DNA of 64,000 bases from Eutreptiella sp. 'Long Island Sound 2002' (Eukaryota > Protista > Euglenida), in contig OZ038378.1 in NCBI GenBank assembly GCA_964036045.1, positions 197,904,001 to 197,968,000 of the forward strand, in the 5' to 3' direction. Positions within the stretch are counted from its first letter, which is position 1, and each line of letters starts with the position of its first letter. Below the pieces are notes generated by a model. The model saw nothing but the letters and a program-made list of their open reading frames with translations. It did not search any database and was not told the DNA's origin. The translations under genes were made by a program, and so were the position numbers. This document shows positions 1 to 10,649 of the stretch, in pieces.

Positions 1-37
1 TGAGGCCCGTCAGGCCACGTACGGAGATCCATACAAA

Positions 38-1193
38 ATGTCCGCTATCAGCATGGAGTCCCTCACCTTCAAAGACTTCGTCTCTAAGGGCCAGTTCGAG
101 GTCTACAAGAGCATCCTCCCCGCGGACCACTTGGCGAGAGCGGCGGTGGAAATCATGCAGCGCATCGGAGACGCGGGGGTGGACCATGACAAATGGCTGC
201 GACCTCAAGGCGGCCTCTGGCTGGGAAGAAGAACCGGTCAAACTCCTCCACGCCATTGCTGGTTATGAGAGCTGCTGCCGATGCACAATTGAAGTCCACA
301 CAGGAGAATTCAAAGCGAAAAAGGAGAGGAGCTGGCAGTTAGCGAAGAGATCAGGGCGCGCATCAAGTCGTTTTTGGAATCGCAATGGACCACTTTTGAA
401 AAACTCTGCTCCAGCGCCGAAATCGCGAAGGCAGGCATGGCAGTGGCACAGCGGGCAGCAAAGCACCGCCTGGCCATCCGAGAGCTTGCTGAGGGCATCC
501 CAGATACCCGGAAGGCGGAAGACCCCGAATTCGTGCTCAGGGCAATGGGGGCGCTGGCCCTCTTTGACAATTTCAAGTGGATCATCATTGGAGAAGGCCA
601 CAAGCTGAACCTGGTGACGGCCGATGCATCAGATGTGTGGACCTGTGGACCCAGAGGAGCAGGAGATCTCAAAACAGATGGAGGCACTCACAGTGAGACT
701 GGAGCACAAGCGGAGGGCAAAAATCGTGCGCCCCCTGACCCCTGCAACGCTGGACGAGTTTGTTTAGGCCCCGGGAAATGCCAAATGGATGCGTGAAGTG
801 ACTGCTTCTTTGAAGAAGTTCCTGGAGTCCAACGAGGGGGACAAAGGGGAAACGCTGGCAAAGGAACTGTGGGAGGTGATGCTGGTCTCCAAGGACAGCT
901 ACAAGGAGAAATACCCCAGCGGGGGCCACAGTGTGACTGGTGGCTCACACAAGGGCACCGGGAAAAAACCCCAATCCCGAGTTACGGCAAGATCTGTCAA
1001 GGAGTTGGAAAGATTGGGAGCCCGAACGTGGATTGAAGCAACCCGAAAAGGGAGATTCAGGTTCGCGGAATGGGAGCCCATCACCTACTACTGCACTGCG
1101 AGAGGCGACAACGCGTATGACGTGGCAAAGGGCCCCCCAGGACCCTGTGGAGAATGTGGCGACAACCACTGGATATGGGACTGCGAAAGCTGA
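38..1193 (+). pseudogene. gag-like ORF, disrupted, with C-terminal CCHC zinc knuckle
   Basis: Protein-like reading switches frame several times (ORF pieces starting 38, 186, 374, 789) and has an in-frame TAG at 765-767. The last segment ends CGECGDNHWIWDC (C-x2-C-x3-H-x4-C). Confidence 0.7.
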
Positions 1194-1223
1194 CTCCCCC
1201 CGGAAGGGGGGGGAGGGGGGGGC

Positions 1224-2404
1224 ATGGCAGAGGGCACCCCAAGCCGGTTCGTTGGGGATGACGGAGAAGTGGAGGTGGAAAGCGAAGAGGACGAGATTCC
1301 CAGGGAGTGGCCTGCATACAAGCGGGCGCATGCTGCATTGTGTCGAGCCAAGGCGGACAACAAGGACGGGATCCTGGGAAACAACTGGCAAATCCTGGCA
1401 AGCTCCTGTAGCACAACATCGCTGGTTACGTACAAGACGGGCATGCGAAAACTCCGACAGACGCACATGGCCCGGCCGGAGTGGGGACCATATAAGATCG
1501 TGGAACGAGTCGTGCGTGATGCCATTCAAGAGGGAAAAGGCAGCAGCTCAGTCAAGACAATCCTCAATGCAGCTGCCATGGCATACACAATGGGGATGGT
1601 TGGCGAACCGGTTCCAAAAAGACTGTGGAGGGCGTTCAAGGCGGCACAATGACTGGAAGAGAAGTCCACACAGGAGTGGGCAGTTTTGAGGCACTGCAGA
1701 TCATGGCACACCGGGCGGATTCAGAGCTGGAGTGGTGTGTGGTGGGACTCGTACTTTCAACGCTGTTGGGCCTCAGAGTCGGCGAGGCGGCCAGCATCAG
1801 CTTCCACAGGTTGGGGGTTCTGGCAGGAACGGCGGAATTCTATGACAGCAAAGTCCACGGGGCTTGGATTACCCATACGGTTTCAGGAGTGGCCCTCAAA
1901 TGGATGCAGTTCTGCGCCTGGATTGCGCAAAGACGCTGGAACCTCGACAAGTTCCAGCGGCTGGTCTCTGAGGACAAACTGCAAAACGTCATGGAAAACC
2001 TATTGCGTGGATCCAAGTGGAAGGATCTCAGATGGCATGCATGGCGACGCCTGGGACCAGCGACCATGTACAAGGCTGGGGGAAAGCTCCCAAGCATCAA
2101 AGCATGGTTCAGGTGGAGGAGCACAAGGACGGCAATGGCCTACATCAATTGCCCACACCCAAGGCGCATCCGACACCCGTTCAAGGCACCTACCCCCCCC
2201 AGTTACCTCAAGGGGAAACCATGGATTGCGGGAACGACAACCAGGCGATGCACGGAATTCTGGGCCCTTGAGGCCTACGATATCCCTGAGAGGGACACCC
2301 CGGAGAGCGACTCTGGGGATTCCACATGCACTGGATCATCCTCGGACAGCCCCTCACCTCGGAAGACCGACGGCAGGAGGGGTAAGAGGAGATGCAGCAC
2401 GTGA
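1224..2404 (+). pseudogene. Tyrosine recombinase (core-binding plus catalytic domain), split by a stop and a 1-nt frameshift
   Basis: 1224-1652 resembles the N-terminal helical domain (STTSLVTYKTGMRKL). After TGA 1650-1652 the frame continues LEEKSTQEW. One missing G at ~1677-1680 shifts into the 1625-2404 frame, which has LGLRVGEA (R), YDSK (K), WHAWRR (HxxR), FRWRS and AMAYI (Y). Confidence 0.88.
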
Positions 2405-3028
2405 AGAGGCGGATGGCCGGACGGGCTATGGGGCAGTGGGGGAGGGCAGGGAGTCGTTGCATGTATTACCCGGCAACAAGGTAGATGGACAACACAAACC
2501 AAGAAGGATGAAATCGCTCATGGGTGTTGGAGGAGGGCGTGTAGCAGGAGCGTGGGTAACATATAAACGGGCGCGGTCATGTGCGTGGTCGGCATCGAGA
2601 CGGGTTGAGCACGTTTCTGATATCCCGCGGAATGAGCTTTTCCGGGCCACGCTTGCGGTAATCCTCCGAGCGCGGGAGCGCCTCAGAGATGTGGAAGGTG
2701 GACAGGCGCACCTGGAAAGAATCTTGAGTCACATGGATGCTCTGCACAAGCTTAACTGGGACTTACTGGGTCAGGACTACGACGGTTATGATGGAGATGG
2801 CCCGTCAAGAGGCATCTCAGAAGGAATGATTGCTGCGGGCCTTGGAGAGAGGGGCAGCCTAGATATCCCCTTGGATGTATGAAACGCGAACATCCCGAAG
2901 CGCCTCATCTGGGATTGGAAGTCGGGGCCGGATTGTGGGAGATTCGATGTGTGGCAACCGTCTTTACACACCAGGCGCATGATTGGAGTGCTGGTGGGTG
3001 ATGGGTTCCTCTGTCGTGACCCGGGTGT
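2405..3028 (+). pseudogene. N-terminal part of pol ORF, disrupted
   Basis: The frame of ORF 1686-2882 is protein-like from ~2400 (NELFRATLAVILRARERL...). It reads through TGA 2880-2882 into NANIPKRLIWDWKSG and needs a frameshift near 3030-3060 to join the RT frame. Confidence 0.55.
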
Positions 3029-4375
3029 TTGGGAGCCCCTGAGTGGGAAGACCTCTCGGACAATGTGTCGGCGTTCGTTAAACCCAAAAATGATGTGAAG
3101 TGCTCGTTCATCATTGACATGCGAAATCTGAATGACTGCTCGAAGGTACCGTTGCGCAAGGTCAAGCTTCCGTCCGTTCATACGGTCTTTCAGACCATCC
3201 AAAGGGAGATACACCAAGGAGCACCATTGTGGGGCATCACCTTGGACATATCCAACTTCTACTGGAGCCTGCAAATCCCGGCTGAGCATAGGGGACTATT
3301 TCGCATACAAGGGGCACACTTCCACTGCCTCCCGTTTGGGTGGAAATTTTCCCCGGTACTGGCACAGGACACGTTGGCGGCATTGTTGAGGGAGTTCTTT
3401 GACAACCACGCGGTGGGGCTCGACATCCATCGTTTCCACTATTTGGATGATGTCCTAATCTTGTCACGTGACAGGGAGTGTATGAACAGTCTGGGTCCAC
3501 AGCTGGGGGCATTCTTGACGGCGAAGGGTCTGCGTATCTCTACCAAATCTTGCCTCAAGCCACATCAGAATGTCCTCTGGCTGGGAAAAGTGTTCGACCT
3601 GGCTAAAGGGGAGGTGCGAAACACCGACAAGATGCTCACCAAGTGCTTGGGGATTGCCATCAAAACGGCCTGCTCGCCTATATCTCCAAAGGTGGCGGAA
3701 CGGGTCACGGGAAAAATGCAATGGGCGTTTGGACCACGAAAGGGGGTCACCCTATTCCTACAGGGCTGGCATCGGTTCCGATGGGGACATCATCGCTTTC
3801 AGCACCGCCCGAGCCCGGCCCTGATATCGGCGCTGTTCAATGCGCTGGCAATCTCATATGTACCAGCCACGGTTGACTCCATGCCTGGGCACTTTGGATT
3901 TGCACCATTCTTGTCGGTGGATGCAGCGGAAGCTACTGGAGGGTACCGCCTGGGTATCTCTGGACGAAATGGAGTCATGCGAACGCGAAAGGTCCCAGCC
4001 AAGAACCAACAACAGGCAGAGCTCAGCGGTGTCCTACATGCCTGTAGGTTGGCGGTGACGCAGAAGTGGCACAGGGTCTCCTTGTTTGTGGACAATACGG
4101 CGGCCTGCTACAGTGCGGCCAATATGAGGGCGTCGACGAGGGCATGTACACAAGTGAAGATACTCCGTGCTCTTTGGAACTTGTTGTGGCACACGGGCAT
4201 GGTCTTGAATGTTGTCTGGGTTGATACTGCGCGCATGTCTGCTGATGTTGTGTCCCGATTGCCAGATCTGACACCCGCAAGCATTACCAGGGCAAAGGTT
4301 GAGGCGGCAAACAAGTGGAGTGCGTTGTGCGGGGAGCTGCACCTTGTGCAGAGCTTTGGGTCAGTTCGTCTGTAG
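3029..4375 (+). CDS. Reverse transcriptase plus RNase H (DIRS/VIPER-class pol), open frame, true start upstream
   Basis: RT motifs AFVKPK, FIIDMRNLN, LDISNFYW, LPFGWKFSP, YLDD and WLG. RNase H acidic residues in SVDAA, QAELSG, FVDNT and SADVVSR. Confidence 0.93.
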   Translation: MGAPEWEDLSDNVSAFVKPKNDVKCSFIIDMRNLNDCSKVPLRKVKLPSVHTVFQTIQREIHQGAPLWGITLDISNFYWSLQIPAEHRGLFRIQGAHFHCLPFGWKFSPVLAQDTLAALLREFFDNHAVGLDIHRFHYLDDVLILSRDRECMNSLGPQLGAFLTAKGLRISTKSCLKPHQNVLWLGKVFDLAKGEVRNTDKMLTKCLGIAIKTACSPISPKVAERVTGKMQWAFGPRKGVTLFLQGWHRFRWGHHRFQHRPSPALISALFNALAISYVPATVDSMPGHFGFAPFLSVDAAEATGGYRLGISGRNGVMRTRKVPAKNQQQAELSGVLHACRLAVTQKWHRVSLFVDNTAACYSAANMRASTRACTQVKILRALWNLLWHTGMVLNVVWVDTARMSADVVSRLPDLTPASITRAKVEAANKWSALCGELHLVQSFGSVRL

Positions 4376-4446
4376 AAGGGGGAAACAATCCTCGCATGGG
4401 CGATGGCTTGCGTGTCCCCTCTTTTACTATAGTTGTCCCTGGCAAC

Positions 4447-4971
4447 ATGTCTAAGTGGGAAGACCCAAATGAGGAGGAGTTCCATGACGAGGAGAAGGTG
4501 GGATCGAAGCGCCCACGAGGATCACGAGGCCCGGAGGGCAAACTGGCGCAGAAGGCGCGCACGTTGCGACGGAGGACTGAGAGAGCGGAAGGACACCTCA
4601 ATGCAGCAAAGCCCAGATACCGGCTGGGGACGATGACCGAGCAGTCCTTCGAGCTAGTGCTGTGCCACCCAGTGCCAGAACGGGACCTCCACAACACCTG
4701 GCAGACCTTGTGTGGTTGGATCACGCGGCGCGCCCGGGCGCGGTATGCAATGGCACAAGTCGAGCCTGCTGAGAAGGGCAAAGACCAAACCCAACGTCAC
4801 CTTTACCTCGTCCGCCACGAGCTGCGACTGGCGCCGGGAGTCAGGCTGACGATGTCCTTCACCCACAATGCCACAGCCGTGCAAAGAGTCACCGTCAACG
4901 GCAAAGCTGACCTCATAAAGGATGTTTTTGAGCTTGTGAGGGACGATCTGGAACAGGAGGACTCCGACTGA
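4447..4971 (+). CDS. Extra ORF (174 aa from ATG 4447; open from 4315) downstream of RNase H, function unknown
   Basis: Uninterrupted frame. Acidic/basic N-terminus (MSKWEDPNEEEFHDEEKVGSKRPRG) followed by a beta-rich-looking region. It lies inside the element, before the terminal repeats. Confidence 0.6.
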   Translation: MSKWEDPNEEEFHDEEKVGSKRPRGSRGPEGKLAQKARTLRRRTERAEGHLNAAKPRYRLGTMTEQSFELVLCHPVPERDLHNTWQTLCGWITRRARARYAMAQVEPAEKGKDQTQRHLYLVRHELRLAPGVRLTMSFTHNATAVQRVTVNGKADLIKDVFELVRDDLEQEDSD

Positions 4972-5260
4972 TGCGAGGCTGGCAAGGGGATGACTGTCAC
5001 TCCTGCACAGGCCTTCCATGGCATTCCAGAGTCAGAGTAAGGAAAGAGTAATGCTGCAGGGGGGGGGGGGGGCACGCATGTGTGCTGACAGAGCACGATT
5101 ATGCCCAGGGTATATAAAGTGTAGCTCCCCTCGCATGTGCGATGGATGAGATAGCAGTGTCATGCTGCAGTGAACGAGCACGCCCACTTATATTGTCGCC
5201 ACGAGAGCCCCAGCTTGGTGTGGGGAGTCAGAGATGGACTACGGTGCCCTTCGGGCCTGG

Positions 5261-5608
5261 CGCGCCAGTGAAGGAGCAAGCATCAGTGTTGGTTTTGTGT
5301 TTGTGTATGTATGAGCTGTGGATGTCAGGAGGTAAGGGGGGAATCAAGGGATTCGCCATCAGGCGAATCACAGGATTCACCCCATAATGCCACTCACATG
5401 CTCTTTCACTATAGAATCTTTTAAAGATTTTTGGGCCCGCCCACCCGCCCAGACACTTTACGCACACTTCAGTGACACCATAGATGACAATCATGGAGAA
5501 GTGTATCATAGAGCCACGGCACACGCGCCAGTGAAGGAGCAAGCATCAGTGTTGGTTTTGTGTTTGTGTATGTATGAGCTGTGGATGTCAGGAGGTAGGG
5601 GGGGAATC
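5261..5608 (+). repeat. 85-bp direct repeat pair (5261-5345, 5524-5608; one mismatch) around a 178-bp spacer; putative B1-A2-B2 split direct repeats
   Basis: cgcgccagtgaaggagcaagcatcagtgttgg...ggaggta(a/g)ggggggaatc is present twice. Confidence 0.85.
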
Positions 5609-5962
5609 TCAGCCATGCCCCCCCCCCCCCCCCCAAGCCCCAAAATCACCTCAAAGAGAGGGGGTTAGATCAAGCGCAGGCGCGGGCGTCATATACCCCC
5701 CTTTTTAAGGGTCATTCGCGTAGCATACCCCAAGGCATGATATAGGATGTCCAACCCCTTGTAAAATCATTATTTTGCCCAATAAGACCATCCCCCAATG
5801 GATTTTTTGATTCTGAGGCCTCTATCCCCTAAAATTGGATATCACTTTTTTGAGGGGGGGGGGGGGTGGGGGTGGGGGTGTGGTGGTGGGGGGGGTCAAA
5901 AGTTTTCGCTCAGAAGGGTCCAAGCAGGGGGGAAGCCTGTTTCGATCAGACCACCGCCGGTC

Positions 5963-6112
5963 GAATGGTAGTGCAGCCGACGTAAAGTTTTCGGTTGGCG
6001 GTTTGAATCCCGGTCCGCGTAAGCTGCCTGCGGCGGCGGCGCGGTATGTACCGGCCGGGGTTCGAACCGCCGACCGAAAATACTCGGGTCGGCTGCGCTA
6101 CCATTAGGCCAT
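5963..6112. repeat. Imperfect inverted repeat of two tRNA-like (A-box/B-box) modules
   Basis: aatggtagtgcagccgac pairs with gtcggctgcgctaccatt, and ttttcggttggcggtttgaatcccgg pairs with ccggggttcgaaccgccgaccgaaaa. The minus-strand arm reads TGGCCTAATGGTA...GGTTCGAACCC. Confidence 0.75.
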
Positions 6113-7574
6113 TGCTCGATGCGGTCCGGATTGTCTCCCCACTGCTTGGGGCCGCGTCTGCCACGGACAAAAAACCCAATGTCACCAACCGACCACCCAG
6201 ACCCATCCTAAGGGCCATAAAAGGGTTTCGGTGAAGTCAAATTTTCCAAAATTTTCAGGTGCCACTAAACAACAATAATTCTATTGCCTTCGGCAGTGCA
6301 CCTCGAAGAGAGGTTGACAGTCAGCCAATCAGTCCCTTAGCCAGGCCAGCAGTCAGTCAGACAGCAACACACAGTTATATGGGCACTCTAGCACCCATTG
6401 GGACCCATGTAGTGGCTGCTAGGTCCATGTAGTCCAAGCCACGGCCCCCTGGAACCCCCCAAAGCCCCCCCCCCCCTCTCCTCCCTACTAGTGATAGCCA
6501 CTTTTTCAACCGAACAACTTTGGAGTTCAAATGTGTACCCCGGGAAGTCTCTAGAAATGAGCCCTCTCGTTGCCACCGCCACCATGGGGAGCAAACTGAG
6601 CAGCAACACTAATGGGTACTGCGGTGGTACCTCCATTGGGGCCCCCAAGCAGGGCTAGGGTTTCGCTAGGGTTGCTGCCTATGGTTGTCTAACAAATGTG
6701 TCTGTGCCAGACCAAACACATGCCAAACATTGTGGGCCATGCTATGCCTCCATGCTACATGAACTCTTTTGTGGCCATGTGTGCAGCGAGCATGGGCAAA
6801 TACATAGAGGCAGTCATGCAGGTGGTGGGCCTAGTCATGGCCAAGGCCCTCTGCGGCTTGCAGCTTGGCCGACATGGGCTCGCGCACCCAGAGTCAAACA
6901 ATCCGTGCAGTGTGGTGCCCCACAAGGGCGTCTTGGGTGAAAGAGCTTGTCTAGGGCTATGATACTTGGATATACCATACATCACCGGTCTAGAAGGCCT
7001 AGTATGATTGGGTTCTCTGATTCAGCAACCAAGCATAAACACCCTGTATACCATGTCTTGGTCAAGGCTATGTGTGCATTACATACCTATTTTACTCCTC
7101 CTCGAGACGGTAGGGCTACGCGGCCATTTTATTTCTCTCTAGGGTCACGTGGCCATTTCAGTTTTCCCCGAGACAGCAAGTGTATGGAATAGTGTAGTGC
7201 ACGTAGAACAATGGGTTGTAGACAGTGGAATGTAATGTTCAGTTGCCAGTGTCTTACAGTGCTCACTGAGTGCCTTTGCTGCAAGGGGGGCGGCTGGTTT
7301 GAATCCAGAGCCCCCCACTCCAGACCCCGCGTTTCTGCAAGTTGAGTTTTGGGGGGAAACTGCTGACGTTGCATGTGCCGAGGAACTTTTTTCGGGCCTT
7401 TTGGAGGGGTTAAAATTTGTCTACTGTACGTGTTCATACTCAAAATGCTCAGTTTTTTTGTAAAGAACTAAAAAATGTGTGAAAACATGGAAAAAGACCC
7501 CTGACCCGACCTCCGCGTCGAACCTTGACTGCTGGGAGCCCTGAGCTGATGGGTGAATGGCTAATCAGTGTATG

Positions 7575-7635
7575 CTCAAAATGATCAGCGCATCATGGGG
7601 ATCATTTTGAGGTATGTATGTTGTATGTTGGGGTA
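7575..7635 (-). repeat. Dispersed repeat family member, also at ~63690-63760 in the opposite orientation
   Basis: Shared acatacatacctcaaaatgatccccatga motif. Confidence 0.7.
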
Positions 7636-8530
7636 CCAACCAATACCCCCTCCCCCCGCGTGCCCTCTTCGACCCCCCGCCCACCAACACCCCCCTCCCC
7701 CCTCCGGACCGATGAAACATTCGATAGCCCAACGTGGCGAACTCAAGGCAACACTCAGCACTGGTTCGAGCTGTGACCTATGGCCTGTGTCACGGGGGTC
7801 ATATGGTAGCTGAGTATCCGTTGCTTCATTCCCTCCGGACCCCCAACATTTCTTGAACATGGTGGGGTGTCAATGTTCAAACAGGCCGCTCCCCTTGCTT
7901 TGCTGGTTCAATTGTGTGTCTGACTGAATTTCCTGCTATTTTTATTTGTGGTGAATGGTAAAAGGAGATTTCACCCCACCTGTGTATATTCAAAATGCTC
8001 AGATGAACCAGGGAGTTCAATAGTGCCCCCAAACCAGGAAAAAATTGACACCCCCCCCTGGCCATGGCATGGGGGTTGGGGTCCGGAACTGAAGTGGGCG
8101 CCCCCCCTGGTGGCTGCAGAGAGAGGCGCACACAGAAGAGGATGCACAGATAGGGGTACATAGAAGGGGCTGCAAGTGAGCGGCACTAGCTCTGTCTCAT
8201 CATTGGCGAAGGTACTCCCATTTTGCAAGGCAGAATCACTGATTGTGTTATGTACAGGCCTACAATCAGCCGACAGGCAGCACTCCAAACACGTCTTTCA
8301 ACGCCATGCCGTTCAATTCCTTCCCTGGCTTCAACCTTTCCCCAGATTCTCAAGAGCGGGCCAATAATGTATGTCTCCTCTATGCTCTTTTCTATAGCCC
8401 CAGTGAACCATGAATAATGACTCCGCATTTGCATTTCCCATGTCTCTGTACTGTCCTTCCCCCTAATTACCTGATCCCACCTGAACCAGTTCATGGTTGC
8501 TGTCGCTCGGTAATAGTGGTGAAGGATGCA

Positions 8531-8570
8531 GTGGTTGTGGTTGTGGTTGTGGTTGTGGTTGTGGTTGTGG
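8531..8570. repeat. (GTGGTT)n microsatellite
   Basis: Direct reading; produces a spurious poly-Val ORF. Confidence 0.95.
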
Positions 8571-10265
8571 TGGCGGTGGCGGCAGTGGACGGATGTGTGT
8601 GGGGTTGGATTTGTGGTGATGCCAAGATTTCACTGGAAATAGCAAAGGCACCAGGAAACAGTTGTCTCTGGGCACTTGCTCACTCACTCATTTACCTGCT
8701 CTATCACTCACTCATCAGTCACTGGCTAGGTGAAACTTGGTGCTGAGCTGAAAGAGTTGTCCATCTTAGTTCATCGATTCCTAATTTGGCACTGTTCAGA
8801 TGAATCATGGTGCTGTATGGACGAAGCTCTGTGCCAGAATGGAGTGCTCTGAGGACACATCTTTGTGTTGTGCATCCGGGGAGTGGTGCCTTCTACAGCG
8901 CAGCCGACGTTGCTGTAACAGCCACCAGCAAAAACAGATTCCGGTAAGAGCCACAGTCTTTGTAGCGGACGGCTTTCTTTTGGACATTGTACATCTATTC
9001 TCATCTTTTTGTCCCCCCCCCCCCCTTGCTCCCCTGCAACCCGAATGGCTTTATTGAAGTGATTCATTGTGTGGGGCAGCCGTTGAGGTGGAGTTCGTTG
9101 CTGTGCAGATAGTGGAATCTGTGTTGATGAAAGCTGGTGCTGTGCACATAGAAATAATGCTGCATGCAATTCCATTCAGTGCCATGTGCATGACATGCAA
9201 CAGTCTGCCGAAGTCCAGTGTGATCCGGATCAAATTCAGTGCTGCCTGAACGGAACTCTGAGCCGATTGTTGTGTTGTGTGGAGCTTGCAGCTGGAACTC
9301 TCGGACCTGTCTGGATAGTTGGATGACGGCATGACATGGCTCCGGTACATACAGCACGGCCGCACGCGGTGCAACATTCGGTGTAATCTGCACATGGAGG
9401 ATGGGGCATGGGTGCGGGTTATTATGGTGCCCACATGCTGCCATGCTGCGGACCGTTTGATTGAAGGGGGGGGGGTTCCCTTGCGGGCTGCGCAAACAAT
9501 ATGATGCTTGTTGGGTCCAGGGGACAGCATGGCACGCGACGGGTCCGACCGCCAGGCAGATCCACTGGGCGACACTGAACAAGAATTGAAGCCTGAGAAG
9601 GCTGGGGCAAACAGTGCAGTAGCAAGAGAAGCATGGAGACATACAGAAGATGTAGAAGGAGAACAGACGAGACAAGTCCAGGAAGAATACAAATGACCAT
9701 CTGGGTCCCCCCAAAAGGGGTTGCGCCATAAAGAACGGCCAACGCCGAAGCTGTCGATGACGAACAGCAAAAGTAAAGTGAAAGCGACAAAATGCCCGCA
9801 AAAGTCCGATGAACACTTTGAAATCCTGGCAAATGCTGAAAGACAACCGGCAAAAACTGACAATGACCGAGAGGTGGCAACAAAAGAAGCCAACGCCCAT
9901 GTCCCTCGTTGCCTTTCTGCCCTTACACACCGCAGCAGCTGCATTCATTGAGCTGACTGGGGCGCTTCAAATAATGATATGCATCGATGTCTCATGCGCA
10001 TGTGTTTTCTTTTTGGGGGTTTTTTTAAAACATGTTTTGTTTTGATCCCGCCTCAGGGCCAGCGGCCTGTCAAGCTCCAGTGCACCGCGGCGCACCATCA
10101 ATTGCAGTGCCTTGGCGCGTGTGGACCCCTTGCCCTTGCTTGTGGACCCCTGCCATCTGTGGTGCACTTCAGTTCGGCGTGCAGCTTCACTCTGCCCCTC
10201 AGTGTCCCTTTTACTGTTCAATGCTGGTACTGAGTGAGCTTCGTATTGTTTGATTTCTTGTGCAG

Positions 10266-10437
10266 GAATCATTTGGGACATGGGCCGAGGCAGCGTTTAA
10301 TGCGCCCACGCAGAATCCATTCTGGAACCCCACCATAGGCATGTCGCCATCACCGGATTTGAGGAATCTTTATCCCACCCCCCCTTCAGTTTCCTCAATG
10401 ATGGCAGTGCAGGGCAATGTGCCCCCAATGGACCCCG
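10266..10437 (+). other. Exon-like segment of an unidentified, probably decayed, spliced gene (other pieces ~9520-9950)
   Basis: tttcttgtgcag acceptor, open frame ESFGTWAEAAFNAPTQNPFWNPTIGMSPSP...PPMDP, then G|GTATGT donor. Confidence 0.4.
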
Positions 10438-10544
10438 GTATGTTTGTGCAGTTGTGCAGTGTTGGTAGCGTGCACCAGCCGCTCCGGTGACACCCTGACA
10501 GGCTCCAGGGTAGGGCGCCCCGACACCCCGCGAATTCGGTGGTT

Positions 10545-10649
10545 CCGGGATATATTCCGTTTGTTCCGGAATATATTCCGGTGGTTCCGGGATATATTGC
10601 GGTGCTTCTGGAATATATTCCGGTGGTTCCGGAATATATTCCGGTGCCG
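10545..10649. repeat. 21-bp minisatellite x5 with 16-bp palindromic core CCGGAATATATTCCGG
   Basis: Units start at 10545, 10566, 10587, 10608 and 10629. Confidence 0.95.

Larger units (their letters stand above)
1..5608 (+). mobile_element. Tyrosine-recombinase retrotransposon (VIPER/TATE-like, gag-YR-RT/RH-ORF4), partly decayed, 5' end outside the window
   Basis: Consecutive plus-strand ORF segments carry a CCHC knuckle, YR catalytic motifs, RT YLDD and DIRS-type RNase H motifs. YR lies upstream of RT, the order known for kinetoplastid VIPER/TATE. An 85-bp direct repeat pair at 5261-5345 and 5524-5608 marks the likely 3' end. Confidence 0.88.

Noticed and set aside
1686-2400. First half of the 398-aa ORF 1686-2882 as a separate protein
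   Set aside because: It is an alternative frame over the YR catalytic domain; only the part after ~2400 looks like pol.
6040-6120. Functional tRNA gene
   Set aside because: A/B boxes are present, but there is no acceptor stem, proper T stem or 7-nt anticodon loop.
9051-9948. Two ~295-aa minus-strand ORFs
   Set aside because: Composition is not protein-like; the plus strand shows the more plausible (decayed) hydrophilic reading, so these are likely antisense shadows.
10545-10649. CRISPR-like palindromic repeats
   Set aside because: Units are contiguous with 5-nt near-constant linkers, there are no unique spacers or cas genes, and the context is eukaryotic.
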